Below are positions 29,483 to 44,465 of a stretch of DNA of 64,000 nucleotides, one piece after another. Position numbers and translations under genes: made by a program. How positions within the stretch are numbered: the first letter of the stretch is position 1; the number at the start of each line of letters is the position of its first letter. The DNA comes from Octopus vulgaris. Taxonomy: Eukaryota. The notes beneath the pieces are model-generated. The model had not been told where the DNA came from, searched no databases, and was given only the letters and a program-made list of their open reading frames with translations. The stretch is from NCBI GenBank assembly GCA_951406725.2, contig OX597827.1, positions 65,658,001 to 65,722,000 on the forward strand, in the 5' to 3' direction.

Positions 29483-30234
29483 GAAGTTTATCCTATTCAT
29501 TAAATATATCGTCGCAGAGGTGAGATACTTCATAGATAATACGTTATTACGTTTCTTATATGAACAGGATCATTATGATCAAATGGCTAAAAGTATCGCA
29601 ATCAGTCGTTCCGGCTGTAGACAGCCGGCAGAATATTTTTACAAAGTTTTTCCTGGAAACGTACCAACAGATGTCACAGTCTATAATCCCTTTAGCATGG
29701 TGCCGGCTGTCTTCAATTCGAAAGCGTCCGATACCATGATGTAATGAAAGTGACATGAACCACGTACGCCAACAGAACCCTCCAGATTCCAGTTTGAAAA
29801 GAATGCTCCTCAACATTTCCCTTTCCAGTTTAATGGCTCGGGGGCAAGCACGGAAAAATCATTTAACTACTTCACAAAAAAAAAAAACGCAAAATAAATA
29901 TAACACAACTCCTGAATCTCTGTGATATTGTATAACGCGGATGGATTCTTATATTACAGACACAACCTATTCAAAAGCCTTCTATACAGTTACAACTTGG
30001 CGTATTTTCACTCACAATATGTGGTTCAAACGGATTGGAAGTTTCTATCTATCTAAACGGACGTTAAAGAAAACAAAGCCTTAATAAAAATACACGCAAC
30101 GGAGTCGAAACCGTGGCGTTATAATTGTAGGAAGAACTTCATAAATATTCAGATATCTTGCTTTCTAGTTGTGAATGGAAGCTTTTAAGAAAGGCTCAGT
30201 ATCTCTTGCCGTCTCAGTCAACGAACCAATGACT

Positions 30235-30496
<262 letters not shown>

Positions 30497-31086
30497 AACA
30501 TAAACACTACAGCAGCAGCTAACAGTGTTAGTGGGAGGACACATTAATTAACTTTCAACATCAAAGCTACTATTTAGGGGGATGGTTGTCGTATATTTAT
30601 ATGCATATTAGCATTGGCGACGGTGCTGTACTTCGTCAATTAACATCATTATGCATTTAGTAACCTCGTGTGATGTTACCACAGTTATTTGCAAAGAACA
30701 CTAAAAAAAAAATTAACAGCACAAATGAACAGTTTTTATCGGTCTGGTACAGCACTGCGTAAGTGGAATTTAATATTCTAGCAATGAAATAGACGTTAAG
30801 TAACTCATTTGCAGCATATATACAGTTTTACTCAATCAGAGATTAGCTTTCCAAGAAAATAAATGAAATACAACCTCACACGCAAGCGCACGTAGCCAGA
30901 CACGTATATGATCTAATGAAACAGAGTGCGGGAAGACGTTACGATGAATGGGCTTGGTGTGTATTTAAAAAATCCGAAATTGATAACGCGCTGGTCGTTG
31001 TTTCGAGATAACCATTCGGATTCATACTTCACCTGACATAGAACGGAAATCAGAAAACTCTCATGTAAGCACTAATATATGTATTT

Positions 31087-31332
31087 GTGAAAGGTAGGAG
31101 AGTCCAGTTTGCCGGACATTGTTGTAGAGCTGAAAAAGAGGTAATTTCTACTCTTCCCCTCTGGAAGCCATCTACTCGCAATACCAGAGGGCGCACACTC
31201 TCCTACCCTGATGTAATCTCCAAGGATACAGGCATCTAGCAACAGGACCTCCGCAATGCCATGATGGACCGTGAAGTCTGGCGTAGCATGGTAAATTCCA
31301 TTGTCTCGACCACGGTCGAACAATGATGAATG
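31087..31332 (+). mobile_element. RTE-clade LINE 3' end, 5'-truncated
   Basis: VKGRRVQFAGHCCRAEKEVISTLPLWKP...GRTLSYPDVISKDTGI*QQDLRNAMMDREVWRSMV, then a TGATGAATGA tail. 10-bp TSD ATATGTATTT at 31077-31086 and 31333-31342. Confidence 0.88.
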
Positions 31333-31350
31333 ATATGTATTTATGTATGT

Positions 31351-31585
31351 GTGGAGGCGCATGGCTTAATGGTTAGGGTGTCAGCACCATGATCGTAAGA
31401 TTGTGGTTTCGATTCCTGGACCGGGCGGCGCGTTGTGTTCTTGAGCAAAACACTTCATTTCACGTTGCTCCAGTCCACTCAGCTGACAAGAATGAGCAAG
31501 GGTGCGTCCAGCTAGGGGACATATACGCCATAGAAACCAGGAAATCGGGCACATGCGCCTAGCTAGGATTTGGAAAGACGCATTT
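31351..31585 (+). mobile_element. tRNA-derived SINE, family C (CORE-like central block)
   Basis: A box TGGCTTAATGG, B box GTTTCGATTCC, then TGTGTTCTTGAGCAAAACACTTCATTTCACGTTGCTCCAGTCCACTCAGCTG, with a (TTTA)n tail. Confidence 0.8.
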
Positions 31586-31962
31586 ATTTATTTATTTGGT
31601 TATGTATTTATGTATGTATGTATGCATGTTTGTATGTATACAAGCAGTCACACACATGAAATGTAATCTTAAAAGATATAAATGAAAGAAAAACACAAAT
31701 ATTTATGTAATCAATATCAAGGGTGTATAAATATGTACACATATCTTTCAGTTTGAGGTTTGAAAGGCATGTCACAAGAGTTCATACTGTGGCACATGTT
31801 ACTTCTGTTAGCCACACAGCTGTGCATTATGCGATAGAATGTGCAAATCTTTGGCCAGGTTTAAGAGTGAAACAAGGAAGGGCCTTACTTTGCATCAACA
31901 ATGACTCATTTCAGCGATTCTTTCTAGTAATCGCTCTACTCTTATACAAGAAAGGAGTTAAG

Positions 31963-32000
31963 AGGTAGGTAGGTAGGTAGGTAGGTAGGTAGGTAGGTAG

Positions 32001-32039
<39 letters not shown>

Positions 32040-32270
32040 TGTATTTATGTATTTATGTATGTCTGTATGTATGTATGTCTGTATATCTGTATGTATGTAT
32101 GTGTGTATGTATGTATGTATGTATGTACGTCTAATACGTATATATGTGTGTAGGATGTGCAATCACACACGTTCTCATGCACTAGTGTGTATACATGGAT
32201 AGACAAAAATGCATAAAAGGTTTATAGGTCAGTCATACATACATACATACATACATACATACATACATAC
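31963..32270. repeat. (AGGT)n-(AAGT)n-(ATGT)n graded tetranucleotide array
   Basis: Stepwise change of repeat unit is directly visible. Confidence 0.9.
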
Positions 32271-32809
32271 GCAAAAACACAGACAGATCTACGTACATAA
32301 ACAGAATGATACATACGTTAACTGATTGATAGATATATACATTGATAGATGGATATAATACATACATACGGTAAGGTCATACATATCTATACACACCTAA
32401 ATTTTCAAAATGTAGATAGTTGTGTCTTTATTATAATATATATCTCACTTGCATTTTATTAAGTGAAGAATTTTCAATAAAATGTTTTTAAGGTTCCGAG
32501 AAGGTGTGATAAAGAATGGGATATAATAATGGTAATTTATAGATACCGAGTATATCAAAAGTCTATTATGTGAGCGATATATCGAATACTTTCTTCCCAT
32601 TAATAATACCATATTCAGATTAACAATAGTTAAAAAGTTTCAGTCTTGGAGGAATTACTGTAGAAAGATCTCTAGAATACGGTTTGTCATATTCCCTTTT
32701 GTAAATGGCGAATATATTTAAACAAAACGTTAAACATACACACATAGATACACACATTATACCTAAAAAAATATGTAACTGTATGTAACATATATATACA
32801 TAGGTAATA

Positions 32810-32841
<32 letters not shown>

Positions 32842-33282
32842 ATGTATATGTATGTATCTAAATATATGTGAACACACATATGTACGCTTATTAAGCATAT
32901 ATACTAGTAGACACTTGTATTTACAAACGAATGAAAATATAATAAAGTACGATATAGAATTTTTCTATATTTTAATCGTGGTTGAAACTTCTTCAGTCGC
33001 CATTGTGAATATTCAAGCAGCCGAAGGCTGGCAACAACGGGAGTGTGTACAGCGACACATATTCGTAAATACATCGAAAGTTCATTCGTCATTGAGATTT
33101 ATTACTTACTAAAATCAGATGAATTCATTTGATGAATTTATGCCAAAGAAATGCGAATTACCATATTTAACGGTGTTTATGGATATTGAAGACTGTATGT
33201 TGCGATTCTAGTTATTTTCTCCATTCTTTCAAATATGTGATGTGACGCACAAGTTAGCGTTTCAAAAACCTTCTGCGTAGGA

Positions 33283-33436
<154 letters not shown>

Positions 33437-33569
33437 TAAGAATAAGCGGTTTCAACTTTTAGCATAAGACCAGCAATTTCGGGGTAGGGCTGGTAAGTCA
33501 GTGATCAAAGGATACTTATTTTATCGACCTTAAATGCATGGAAGTTGCGGCAGGCAAAAAGGTTGTCCA

Positions 33570-34720
33570 AACAAACCTTCTATATAAGCGTCAAAACTTC
33601 ATAGGCCTCTCCATCTAAATGAAGCGATTTGTTGGTTGAGAAACATCTCAATATTTTCTAACACAGATCTTGATATTAACCTTTTATACTGACTTACGTC
33701 TTCCGTTGGTGGTTGTGGTACGTCATAGATTTGGACTCTAAATGCAATAACAGTCTATAATATATCACGCAATCCTAACAGTAGTCAAAATGCTAACAAA
33801 TCGTTTCATTTATCAACCCTGGAGCAGTGAGAATCCAACCCAATCCCTCAAACATCTGAAAGCAGTTTTGTTACCAAATTGCTCCACGTTCCCTTTGTTT
33901 TTTGTTCTGGTGCACAAGCTCTAGCTCTCACTATGTATCCTTATCTTCTCCTCTTTGGAACAATATTCGAGTCTTATTTTCCCTGTTAGGTTGTCAGTCG
34001 TAACTTCTTTAATTATCACTCATTTTTGTAGGCTAACTAACTCCTCATCTAATGAAATTCTCTTTCTCACAAGCTGTTTATTACATAAAATTGATTATTG
34101 TTTTACTCGCCATCAATAGCTGTTAACCCTTTTCCTACATATGTACCACTCATCGACGTCACCAAATCGATCTCTGTAGTCATTGCGCGCAGGTAATTTT
34201 GCCTTCATCTTCTGACGACCAAGCCCTAGTTTGTGGTCCTGAGTCGAGCATGCAGCTTATAAACTCGCAGTCTGCGAAGCCGAGTAGCGGTAATTTTGAA
34301 CATGCTATATTATATATCCCCACTAAAATACGGTACACTCTATCTCTATGTTAACACTGGCACATAGAGGAAAGTCACTTGGTAACTGTCAGACAGTTAT
34401 AAGTTTTCGAGCAGATTTTCGAGGCCTTTGCACTTTCTTTCATACGGGACTCCTACACATTCATATTGTAAGTCTGAAATACAGTTCCAGGCTCCCATTC
34501 ACATTAATACCCAGCAGGTTCCTCCCACAGACGTTTCATAGAGCGATGATAACCCCCAGGAAATGCTTTTCTGTGTCATGCATGTCTAGATCAACTGACA
34601 TGCGGCTCGGAATCAGGAAGGCTGTTTGTACCTCTTAGATTGATTCTTCCATGGAAAATAGTGACATTCAACCAACAGAAATGTCAGACCGTAACATGTT
34701 TATGCAGTGCTTTACATAAA
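33570..34720 (-). pseudogene. Decayed L1/Tx1-like ORF2 N-terminal half (APE endonuclease to pre-RT)
   Basis: Minus-strand motifs in order: KCKGLENLLENL*LSDSY, LGFADCEFISCMLD (resembles SDH), GLGRQKMKAKL (resembles GxWKLN), GYIVRARA, KSLHLDGEAYEVL (resembles KSPGLDGLPYE). Confidence 0.6.
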
Positions 34721-34743
34721 TTCTAATCACAGTAAAAGATATA

Positions 34744-35116
34744 CTCTTTTACTCTTTTACTTGTTTCAGTCATTTGACTGCGGCCATGCTGGAGCACCGC
34801 CTTTAGTCGAGCAAATCGACCCCGGGACTTATTCTTTGTAAGCCCAGTACTTATTCTATCGGTCTCTTTTGTCGAACCGCTAGGTGGCGGGGACGTAAAC
34901 ACACCAGCATCGGTTGTCAAGCAATGCTAGGGGGACAAACACAGACACACAAACATATACACACATATATATACATATATACGACGGGCTTCTTTCAGTT
35001 TCCGTCTACCAAATCCACTCACAAGGCATTGGTCGGCCCAAGATGCCACGCAGTGGGACTGAACCCGGAACCATGTGGTTGGTTAGCAAGCTACTTACCA
35101 CACAGCCACTCCTGCG

Positions 35117-35118
<2 letters not shown>
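34744..35118 (-). mobile_element. SINE family A, young copy
   Basis: Nearly identical to 99-500, with a small internal deletion at GGCCC|AAGATG. Confidence 0.92.
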
Positions 35119-35166
<48 letters not shown>

Positions 35167-35911
35167 CATACACACATACATGCATATATATATATCTATT
35201 TATGTATCCATCTGTCTGTAAATACGTGTGATTTTTATCCTCACTTATGTGTCACAGTATTCAGTGACAGGATGGATTTTGAACTCAGAACCAAAGGAAT
35301 TGGAACGAACTCTCCATGTTGTTCTGTCCAAAGTTCCACAACGTCATTTATTTTATCGCCTTGAACACACACACAGACTCACACACACATACACGCAACT
35401 CACACACACCCAAAGTCAGAGGCACACTCACACACACATACACACATGCACACATATGTATGTACCTATATATGTACGTTTTCCATCTTTTATGATTTCG
35501 TATTTCTAACCATTGTATCTATATAAACCTATTTCTATTATTTACCGTGTATATCATACAGACTATAAAATATTCATAAGTGATCTATTTTACATATATT
35601 TTGCATAATTCTTCTCCATACACGAATAGGTTAATAGCCTTAATTATACAGAAACATTGATCGATAAATTTAGCACAATTAACATATTTCAATAAGGATT
35701 TAAATGAATTCCTAAAAACTGTTCTACTCTAGTTATATATTTCCTGATTCCGAAGATTTAATGTAAATGCGTCTACTGGGAAGCATACGTTTGAAAATAG
35801 GCAGTAATATAGTTTATTATTACTCAGGAAACAACATATAATTGTTTTACTAGACAGCGGGAGAAGACTTTACATTACTTATATCACACTGGTAAAAGAT
35901 ATTTTATCGTA

Positions 35912-36232
35912 TTCAATACTGGAAGAGTACGATCGACAATGAACGTTCAGATTTAGAAATGTAGTTATCCTATTATATTTTTCATGTTTCAATCGGTTGG
36001 ACTGTGACCATGCTAGGGCACCGCCGTCAATTATTTATTTGAACTCCTTACTTATTTATTTAGCCCTGACACTTCAATACTGGAAGTGTACGATCGACAA
36101 TGAACGTTCAGATTTAGAAATAAAGCTATCCTATTATCTTATTCATGTTTCAATCATTTCAACTAAGACCATGCTGGGGCACTGCCGTCAAGTATGTCTT
36201 TGAGCTCCTTACTTATTTATTTAACTCTGACA
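35912..36232 (+). repeat. Local tandem duplication, unit about 161 bp, 2 copies, containing a SINE-A tail
   Basis: TTCAATACTGGAAG(A/T)GTACGATCGACAATGAACGTTCAGATTTAGAAAT...CTGACAC at 35912 and 36073. Confidence 0.9.
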
Positions 36233-36249
36233 CTGATACGAATTTTGGA

Positions 36250-36565
36250 AACATGATACTTATAAAATAGGACTCTTTGCCGAAACTAATTTACTGGGAG
36301 TTAAACATACCAATGCCGGTTTTCAAGTGTTGGGCCGGAAAAAAATTCATATACAAATGCACATATGCACGCCCACGCAAACACGAAGTTATATCACATA
36401 CACACACAGGGCGGACTTTTTTAATATTTTCTTTCCAAATTGAAGTATTTGGGTGGTTGCAGTATTTACTAGAAAACCCCTACTCACAATCTTGTGCAGT
36501 AGGACTGAACCCAAGACCAGACGTTTGGGGAGGAAGCTTTTAACCACACGCTCACCATTGCGACT
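36250..36565 (-). mobile_element. SINE family A, old copy (continuation)
   Basis: TTTGCCGAAACTAA, ACACCA-like block, GCAGTAGGACTGAACCC and TTAACCACACG. Confidence 0.6.
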
Positions 36566-36749
36566 ATGGGTATGATCATGCTTGTAGTACATTGATCGAC
36601 ACGAGTACCTGCATTAGATACTCCCATGAGGTAAAGTAGAGAAACTCTGAATATTGAAATTCATTCCGTACAACCTATCACACGCATAAATATTTACTTA
36701 GCTTACTTTATTTCAGTCATGTGACTGTGGTCATGCTGGAGTACCACCA

Positions 36750-37313
36750 TGATTTTCTACCTTTTCCAGAGCTCCCTAATGTGATCGATTTCTTCTGCGT
36801 GGTGAGAAATCCTATCATGACTATTACAGGTGCTACTTTCTTAGTTCCTCGCTCGTTTGGCACCACTCCCCGCGGCTGTACTTCATACTGCGATTTTGGT
36901 TCATCATCTATAGGAGAATGGCCAATTTCTTTCAATAATACCGGGTCAGCCACGTGTTATTCTTAACATAAGAGCTGCGCACGAATTTGAGATTGATTTA
37001 AATAGCCATTTTCTCAATATTATCTTTTTAGTAACAGCAATGATTGGCGAGTGTCCTCGAGTAAGTGGCCCGCTGGAGGTTGTTGTTGACAAACAACAGA
37101 AGTAATTTCATTCAGCTGAATACACGTCATTGATTGGTTGCAATTACCGAAATACGATAACTTTAAGAAATAAGTTCTAAAATACAGAATTTTCTCAACA
37201 ACGCCAAGAGTAAAAGATATTTTATGTGACACATTCTACAAGTATACGAAGTTTGAAAGTGTTTAGTTACAAAAAATTATTTATGAAATCTGTCGCTTAA
37301 AAGGTAAAGATCC
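36750..37313. mobile_element. Non-autonomous DNA transposon with short GG...CC-type TIRs, superfamily unresolved
   Basis: The right end AAAGGTAAAGATCC is approximately the reverse complement of the left end GATTTTCTACCTTT. It follows a SINE-A tail at 36705-36749. Confidence 0.5.
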
Positions 37314-37871
37314 GAAATATTAGCATAGACAAATGAAAAAAACAAATGAAAAAAACATTGAAATTGAAAGAATGAAAACAATTCCATAGGGTGAGCGAAT
37401 AATTAATTATATATCGGCAGTTGGATTAACTATTGCCAGTGCATTCGGTAAAATATTCCTGCTATAAATTTATATAGTAATAAACATTTTTCTTTCTCCG
37501 TCAGTTCAGTTCAGTAACAACGTACGGATAAGAATATTTCTAGCTACGATTTGATACAAGCAACATATGATATAAGGAAATGGATTAGGCTGATGATATT
37601 GAAACAGAAGTTTTGTGTTGGGTATGGTGATATTGTAGAGAAATGTAACTAAACAATTATATTTTTTTCGTTATATTAGGTTTTTAGAGGTAATGAATTT
37701 TAAACACCGGAATGACAGAAGATGTTTTCACCGATGTTTGGAATAATTATATACTAGAATTCATTTCCTTCTAATACTCACTTGGTATATATACGGAATT
37801 AACGTCTATATATATATGTGTGTGCATGAATATATCAGCATAACCTGTATATATACGTGCTTATATACACA

Positions 37872-37956
<85 letters not shown>

Positions 37957-37963
<7 letters not shown>

Positions 37964-38176
37964 ATAAATATTAGGGAATGAATCCAAATTTACAGGGAAA
38001 AATAATTTGATACTGATTAGAAGATCGAAAATCCACCTGAAGAATGTCGGTAGCAGACATGAAACAATTGTAGTGGCTGTTTATTTAATTTATTTAATTT
38101 ATATTAAAATTTTATGTATTGATTAAGTCTTTCCTTGTTTGATTTTAAAATAGTGGTTTTGTCTCGAATTATATTA
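37957..38176 (+). mobile_element. Short non-coding HHR-bearing element embedded in (TA)n (Penelope-like/retrozyme fragment)
   Basis: About 220 bp of unique sequence with (TA)n on both sides, containing the hammerhead at 38033-38076. Confidence 0.65.
38033..38076 (+). ncRNA. Minimal type I hammerhead ribozyme
   Basis: Stem I CCAC/GTGG, core CTGAAGA, stem II ATGTC/GACAT, GAAA, palindromic stem III CAATTG, and cleavage triplet GTA at 38070-38072. Confidence 0.8.
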
Positions 38177-38847
38177 TATATATATATATATATGTATTAA
38201 TCCATATACATACATAAATATACAAATGTGTGTGTGCGTGTAAAATATATGACTATAGCATATATATATATATATAAATACATATATGTGTATATACAAA
38301 CAGAAACAGAGAGAGAGAGAGAGAGAGAAAGCGGGAGAGAGAGAAAAAAGAGAAAGGCAATGGAAGCAAATAGCTAGATAACAATTGCATTATCCTGGTG
38401 TGTTTATCGCAAGTTTCTGTGCAAACTGAAACAAAAATATGAAATGTAATATGAAACACACATACACAAAATAATACGTCTACACGCACGCACACACACA
38501 CACACACATGTACTCACACACGTATACACACACGCGCGCACAAACAAACACTCGTGCTCACACCCACAAACGTACACACAAACATATACGCGGCTGCGTA
38601 TACGATCAACAACGACGTCGAAAATAAGCACACCAACACGTATGCATATTTCCTCTATGTAGGAACCAAACCGGATATGTTTGTGCTGTTAGAAAGGAAA
38701 TAGTTAGTTTCTACCTAGATTCATGAATATCTTAAAATTTATAACAATATAATATACAAAATATGCTTCAGGTACATCCATTTTATACAATTAAATGTAT
38801 TCTCTACTAACATAAATCCAATAGAATGTGCCACATATACACATAAT

Positions 38848-38885
<38 letters not shown>

Positions 38886-38904
38886 TTATATGTATGAATA
38901 TATG

Positions 38905-38978
<74 letters not shown>

Positions 38979-39104
38979 TACATGTATATATATGTGGGGG
39001 GGGGTGTATACATGAGCGTGTATGCATAATGATATGCATTGTTAAATACAAGCGGATGCAGAGATGCACATATTATTCTTAAATGAGTAAGTGCGTATAG
39101 GTTC

Positions 39105-39385
39105 TCAAAAATAAATTTTGGGAATTATTTTTTCAAGGGGATTTTTCCCCATCGTCTTGATTGTATTTCTCATTTCGGTCGTGGATTGAAATATACGGTC
39201 ATGAATACACAGGAATGAAATGCGCTTGTTAATAGATTTGCTGAGGTAAATCTTCACCTTCCTCAAAGCAACGTGAAGGCGATCATTTGGTAGAATCATC
39301 TCAACGGTTGGTGAAATCTTTGGCTAAAATTTTCTTAGTTAGAATTCCATCAACTTTGCATTTGGTCAACTCGCACTCCCTTCAG
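39105..39385 (-). pseudogene. Possible very old mariner transposase relic
   Basis: Weak motifs VEMILPNDR and VYFNPRPK*EIQSRRW (resembles YDPETKxQSxxW). Confidence 0.25.
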
Positions 39386-39870
39386 AGAATATGATTCTTA
39401 TTGTGTAGTCGATTCCTCTCTTTTCGTCTTATCTTTATGTGTTTCTGTCATTTTACTGAGAGATAATCCACTGTAATTAAGCATAGAGCCATCTAGATTC
39501 TGCCAGGTATGAAACTGCCAACGATAAACCGTAAACGCTTCCGTTCTGCTTGATCACGACAGGCATTTCAGGTCCTAAGGCAAGACATTAGTATAGATTG
39601 TACTCAATGTATATTTGTTTAATATTTTGAAAAAAGAAATCACTAGAATGGTCGCAATTTCACTTACTCTTCTGCCGTTAGCTTTGAGGATACATAATTC
39701 ATCATACACAGAGACCAATAGAACACCATTCGTGTATGTGTTTAGTTTATTTAGTTTATCACTATAGATTTTGCGTAGAACTCAGAGCCAGCGCTGGAAG
39801 GTACGTCGTTTCGTAAACAAATACGATATTGATTTAAATAATGCGAGCAAGGAGAGAAAAAAACTGCTAG

Positions 39871-39912
39871 TGGGTATATATGCATATTTCATGATTTATT
39901 CATCAGTACTAT
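39871..39912 (-). ncRNA. Degenerate type I hammerhead-like motif (same family as 25.4 kb)
   Basis: Minus strand GTA-CTGATGA-ATAAATCAT-GAAA-TATGCATA-TA-TAC. Stem III is palindromic and stem I is GTA/TAC, but stem II is eroded. Confidence 0.4.
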
Positions 39913-40881
39913 ATCCAAATAATTCGCTATCGAGGAATATATTGGTGGTATATTATATTTCCAAAACAAAATATTGTGTCTCGCTAGCAAGTCATAACCC
40001 ATCGCTTCCATACGATAGTGTATCATACGATATCCTATAAGAGCAATGAATTTGCATGTTCCTTGTAATTTAAGATATAATGCTTGGTGGTATTCTTTCC
40101 AAATTTATATGGAAATCTTTCCGACTCTATACTAATTTATACTTATATGGATTCAGATGTGGAATCCACAAAAATATGATGGCGTTGATTGAAATATAAA
40201 GGATATAATAAAATACATATGAAGAATCCAATACAAGCGTCACCTTTTTTCCTACATCAATCCTGATCTCTTCGAATCATGTCACGCACAGTCTCTTGGA
40301 TATACCTCTAATATCAGATGTTATTTTCATACAAAATCTGTGATCATTCGAGATGAAAATTACGTGAAGCGTAGGCATGTCTTTGGAAAACACAGCAGCT
40401 TAGAATTTAGTTTTCCAGGAAAGAATCTACGTTATCGAATATTATCGCATAAAACCTACTGATTATCGTAAGACAGTTATATATCTTTTCAGAAAATTTC
40501 GACAGCATTCAGACATTTCTATATTTTGCTAACAGTCTAAATTTCTGAATAAATTTCTTTATTTCATAAAGACCAAAAAGTACAGACATATTTATTTGAG
40601 CAAAATCATATTTGAATAACAAAACAAACAGAGTTACGCATCTTGGCACAAATATATAATATATGACGGAGAGAAATACATAGATCGTGATATTAAATAT
40701 ATCAAGACATACATGACTATGTGTGGCTGTGTTATTATATTTATATTTATACATTGCATCTGTTTTCCTTTATTATCAATCATATATTATCGGTATGTTT
40801 ACGATTTATATTAATATTTCAAAAATAATAGTATAAGTAAACAGATAACTACCAACACATAGGCACATACACAAACGTATT

Positions 40882-40955
<74 letters not shown>

Positions 40956-41159
40956 CATATATATATATACGTATATATATATACATATATACGTATATAG
41001 ATACATATATATATATATATACATGCATATATATATATATGTGTGTGTGTAGGAATATATAATTATGTGTATATCGCTCTTTATGTGCGTATATTTGTCT
41101 TGAGTGCGATAGGTAAAATGTCACAATATCTTATTTTTTATTTTGCGCATGCGAATTGT

Positions 41160-42355
41160 TTGTTTTTGATTTTGTCGACAGTATAGTAAGGTCCCTTGGG
41201 CACCGTCTGTACGAAAACTCGACGATGACGCAATTCACTCAGTCAGATATTTAGGAAATGACATGCTGTACTGCATGGCATTCGCACTGGAATCTCCAAT
41301 ACGAGCATTTCAGAGTGCTTGGGATTTCAATCTGAGGACTGTGTAGAAGATTCGGAAAGAGCTGGATAGTTTAATGATGATTACGATAGCAGCACAAAAA
41401 ACTCACTCTGATCGTTCTGACAAGAAAAGAACTCCAGAATTTGTTGGGGAGATCCAGGTTATGATTGACAACGATTCTCCAAGTCAATCATGTCCATTGC
41501 TAGGGAGATGGGAGTGTTAGAGCTTCTTATCAAGTAGTGCATGAAGATATTCGGTATTCATAATACATAATGAGAATGGGCCAATTTTTATCCGAAGCCT
41601 TCAACATAAGAGAAAAGGCAGCGGTATGGAGAGTTTGAAGAAATTTCCCTCAAATCGAACATGCTTTAGTTTTTTGTGAAACGAGTAGAATTTCTGCCAG
41701 GATCAGAAGGTGAACACACAGGGAAGCTGTTGCCTTGCCGTATCCCCAAAACATGTACTGAGAGTTTTAATAAATCAATCATCCAGTCAACATCATGGTT
41801 TTTGGAGTAATCTCTAGTGATGGCGAGGTTATGCATGAATTCAGTTTCCCGCACGGCCTCACACTCAACGCAGAGGCCTACATTAAGTGCCTGGAGGAGG
41901 TAGTGCTGTTCTTGGTTAAGATTATGGCTGCTGGTTGACCAAATGTCTGGCAACAGGAATTTTCACCATGCCACAAAATCAGGAGAGACTACTCATGGCT
42001 GTCAGACAATTTCTGCGACCACATCCCTCGCATATGACCACGTAACACCCCAGAATGCTATATGTGGGGAACAGTTAACCGAGAGACCAACAAAACTCCT
42101 AGTAATACCAATGAAGGCAAGGATTATGGCAGTATTCGCCAACTTAAACAAAGAGACTGTTCAGAAGACTGGCAGGAGATTCCGAAGTCGTCTAGTGGCC
42201 GTGGTTGAAGCCAATGAAGATTTTATAGAATAAATTTACTCTTTAGTATTTCAACATATTTTTTAATGTAATTTTGGAAAAATATATCTGTTAAAATGAG
42301 ATTTGCTATTTTCATTCTTGAGCCATTTAGAGGACAGCTTATTCACCACACTCTG
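41160..42355 (+). mobile_element. Tc1/mariner-superfamily (maT/DD37D-like) transposase pseudogene
   Basis: MTQFTQ...NLRTV*KIRKEL...RTPEFVGEIQVMIDND...HPVNIMVFGVISSDGEVM...GLTLNAEAYIKCLEEVV...VWQQEFSPCH...RRFRSRLVAVVEANEDFIE*. Right TIR-like GACAGCTTATTCACCACACTCTG. Many lesions. Confidence 0.85.
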
Positions 42356-42410
42356 TGAGTGTATATGTGTGTGCATATATATCTATATACTTACACATAC
42401 ACACACACAT

Positions 42411-42451
<41 letters not shown>

Positions 42452-42452
<1 letters not shown>

Positions 42453-42813
42453 TCTTTTATTCTTTTACTCGTTTCAGTCATTTGAATGCGGCCATGTTGG
42501 AGCATCGCCTGTAGTCGAATAAATCGACCTCAGAACTTATTCTTTGTAAGCCTTCTACTTATTCTATCGGTCTCTTTTGTCGAACCGCTAAGTTCTGGGG
42601 AATATCAACACACCAGCATCGGTTATCAAGTGATGATATGAATACAGATATCCGTATTCATATATATACGACGGGCCTCTTTCAGTTTCTGTCTATCAAA
42701 TCCCCTCACAAGGTTTTAGTTGGCTAGAGGCTATACCAGAAGACACTTGCCCAAGATGTCACACAGTGTTATTGAACGCGGAACCATGTAGTTGTGAAAC
42801 AAGCTTCTTACCA
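42452..42813 (-). mobile_element. SINE family A
   Basis: TTTCAGTCATTTGAATGCGGCCATGTTGGAGC...AGAAGACACTTGCCCAAGATG...AAGCTTCTTACCA. Confidence 0.88.
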
Positions 42814-42865
42814 AAGAGAGAGAGATATATAGAGAGAGAAAAAAAGGAGAGAGAGAAAGCGAAAG

Positions 42866-42936
<71 letters not shown>

Positions 42937-43419
42937 CAGATAGATAGACATATACCAACATGAGAACTACAATAAGTAAATACAGACGATAAAGAGATAA
43001 AAAGGAGGGCAAAAGAATTTATTAATGTCAGTGAGATTTTAGTCCAAATTACTTCGAATATAATAACAATTCCCTTAGTCCTGCTATGGGACAAATAATT
43101 TTTTAGGTATTTATTTGATATTAAGATTTATATTCTTTGTGTCTATACGTCGTATTCTTAGATTCCCTTCTGTCGTATTTCATTTTTTTTTATACGTTTT
43201 AACTTTTATTTTTTGCTCTTTCTAGGAAACCTCAATATAAACTGTGACATCCTTGAGGGAATACATTCAGACACATTATTAATATTGGAAACTAAGTGAT
43301 ATGGTATATACGGACACCAAGAAATATATATATACTAATGCACGTACGGAGTAAAATAGGTGTGTAGATATATGTCAGTGTATATGCACATACACATACT
43401 CAGACTGGTAAACACACAA

Positions 43420-44275
<856 letters not shown>

Positions 44276-44465
44276 GGAAACCGTGTTTTTTCTACTGAAT
44301 AAATGGCAAACGTTTCATTATTTCTCATCTTATTGGCATCATGATGTTTCATTCTAAATGTCTCCCTCAAGGTTTTCATTCCATCACTGAGTGCAATTTA
44401 TTTTCATATCCTGTAGAGTTCGTTCTTCCCATCTATAAGGCCGTATTTCCATGTTTCACATCTAC

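Noticed and set aside
37590-37606. CTGATGATATTGAAAC
   Set aside because: There is no room for stem II and no stem I/III pairing.
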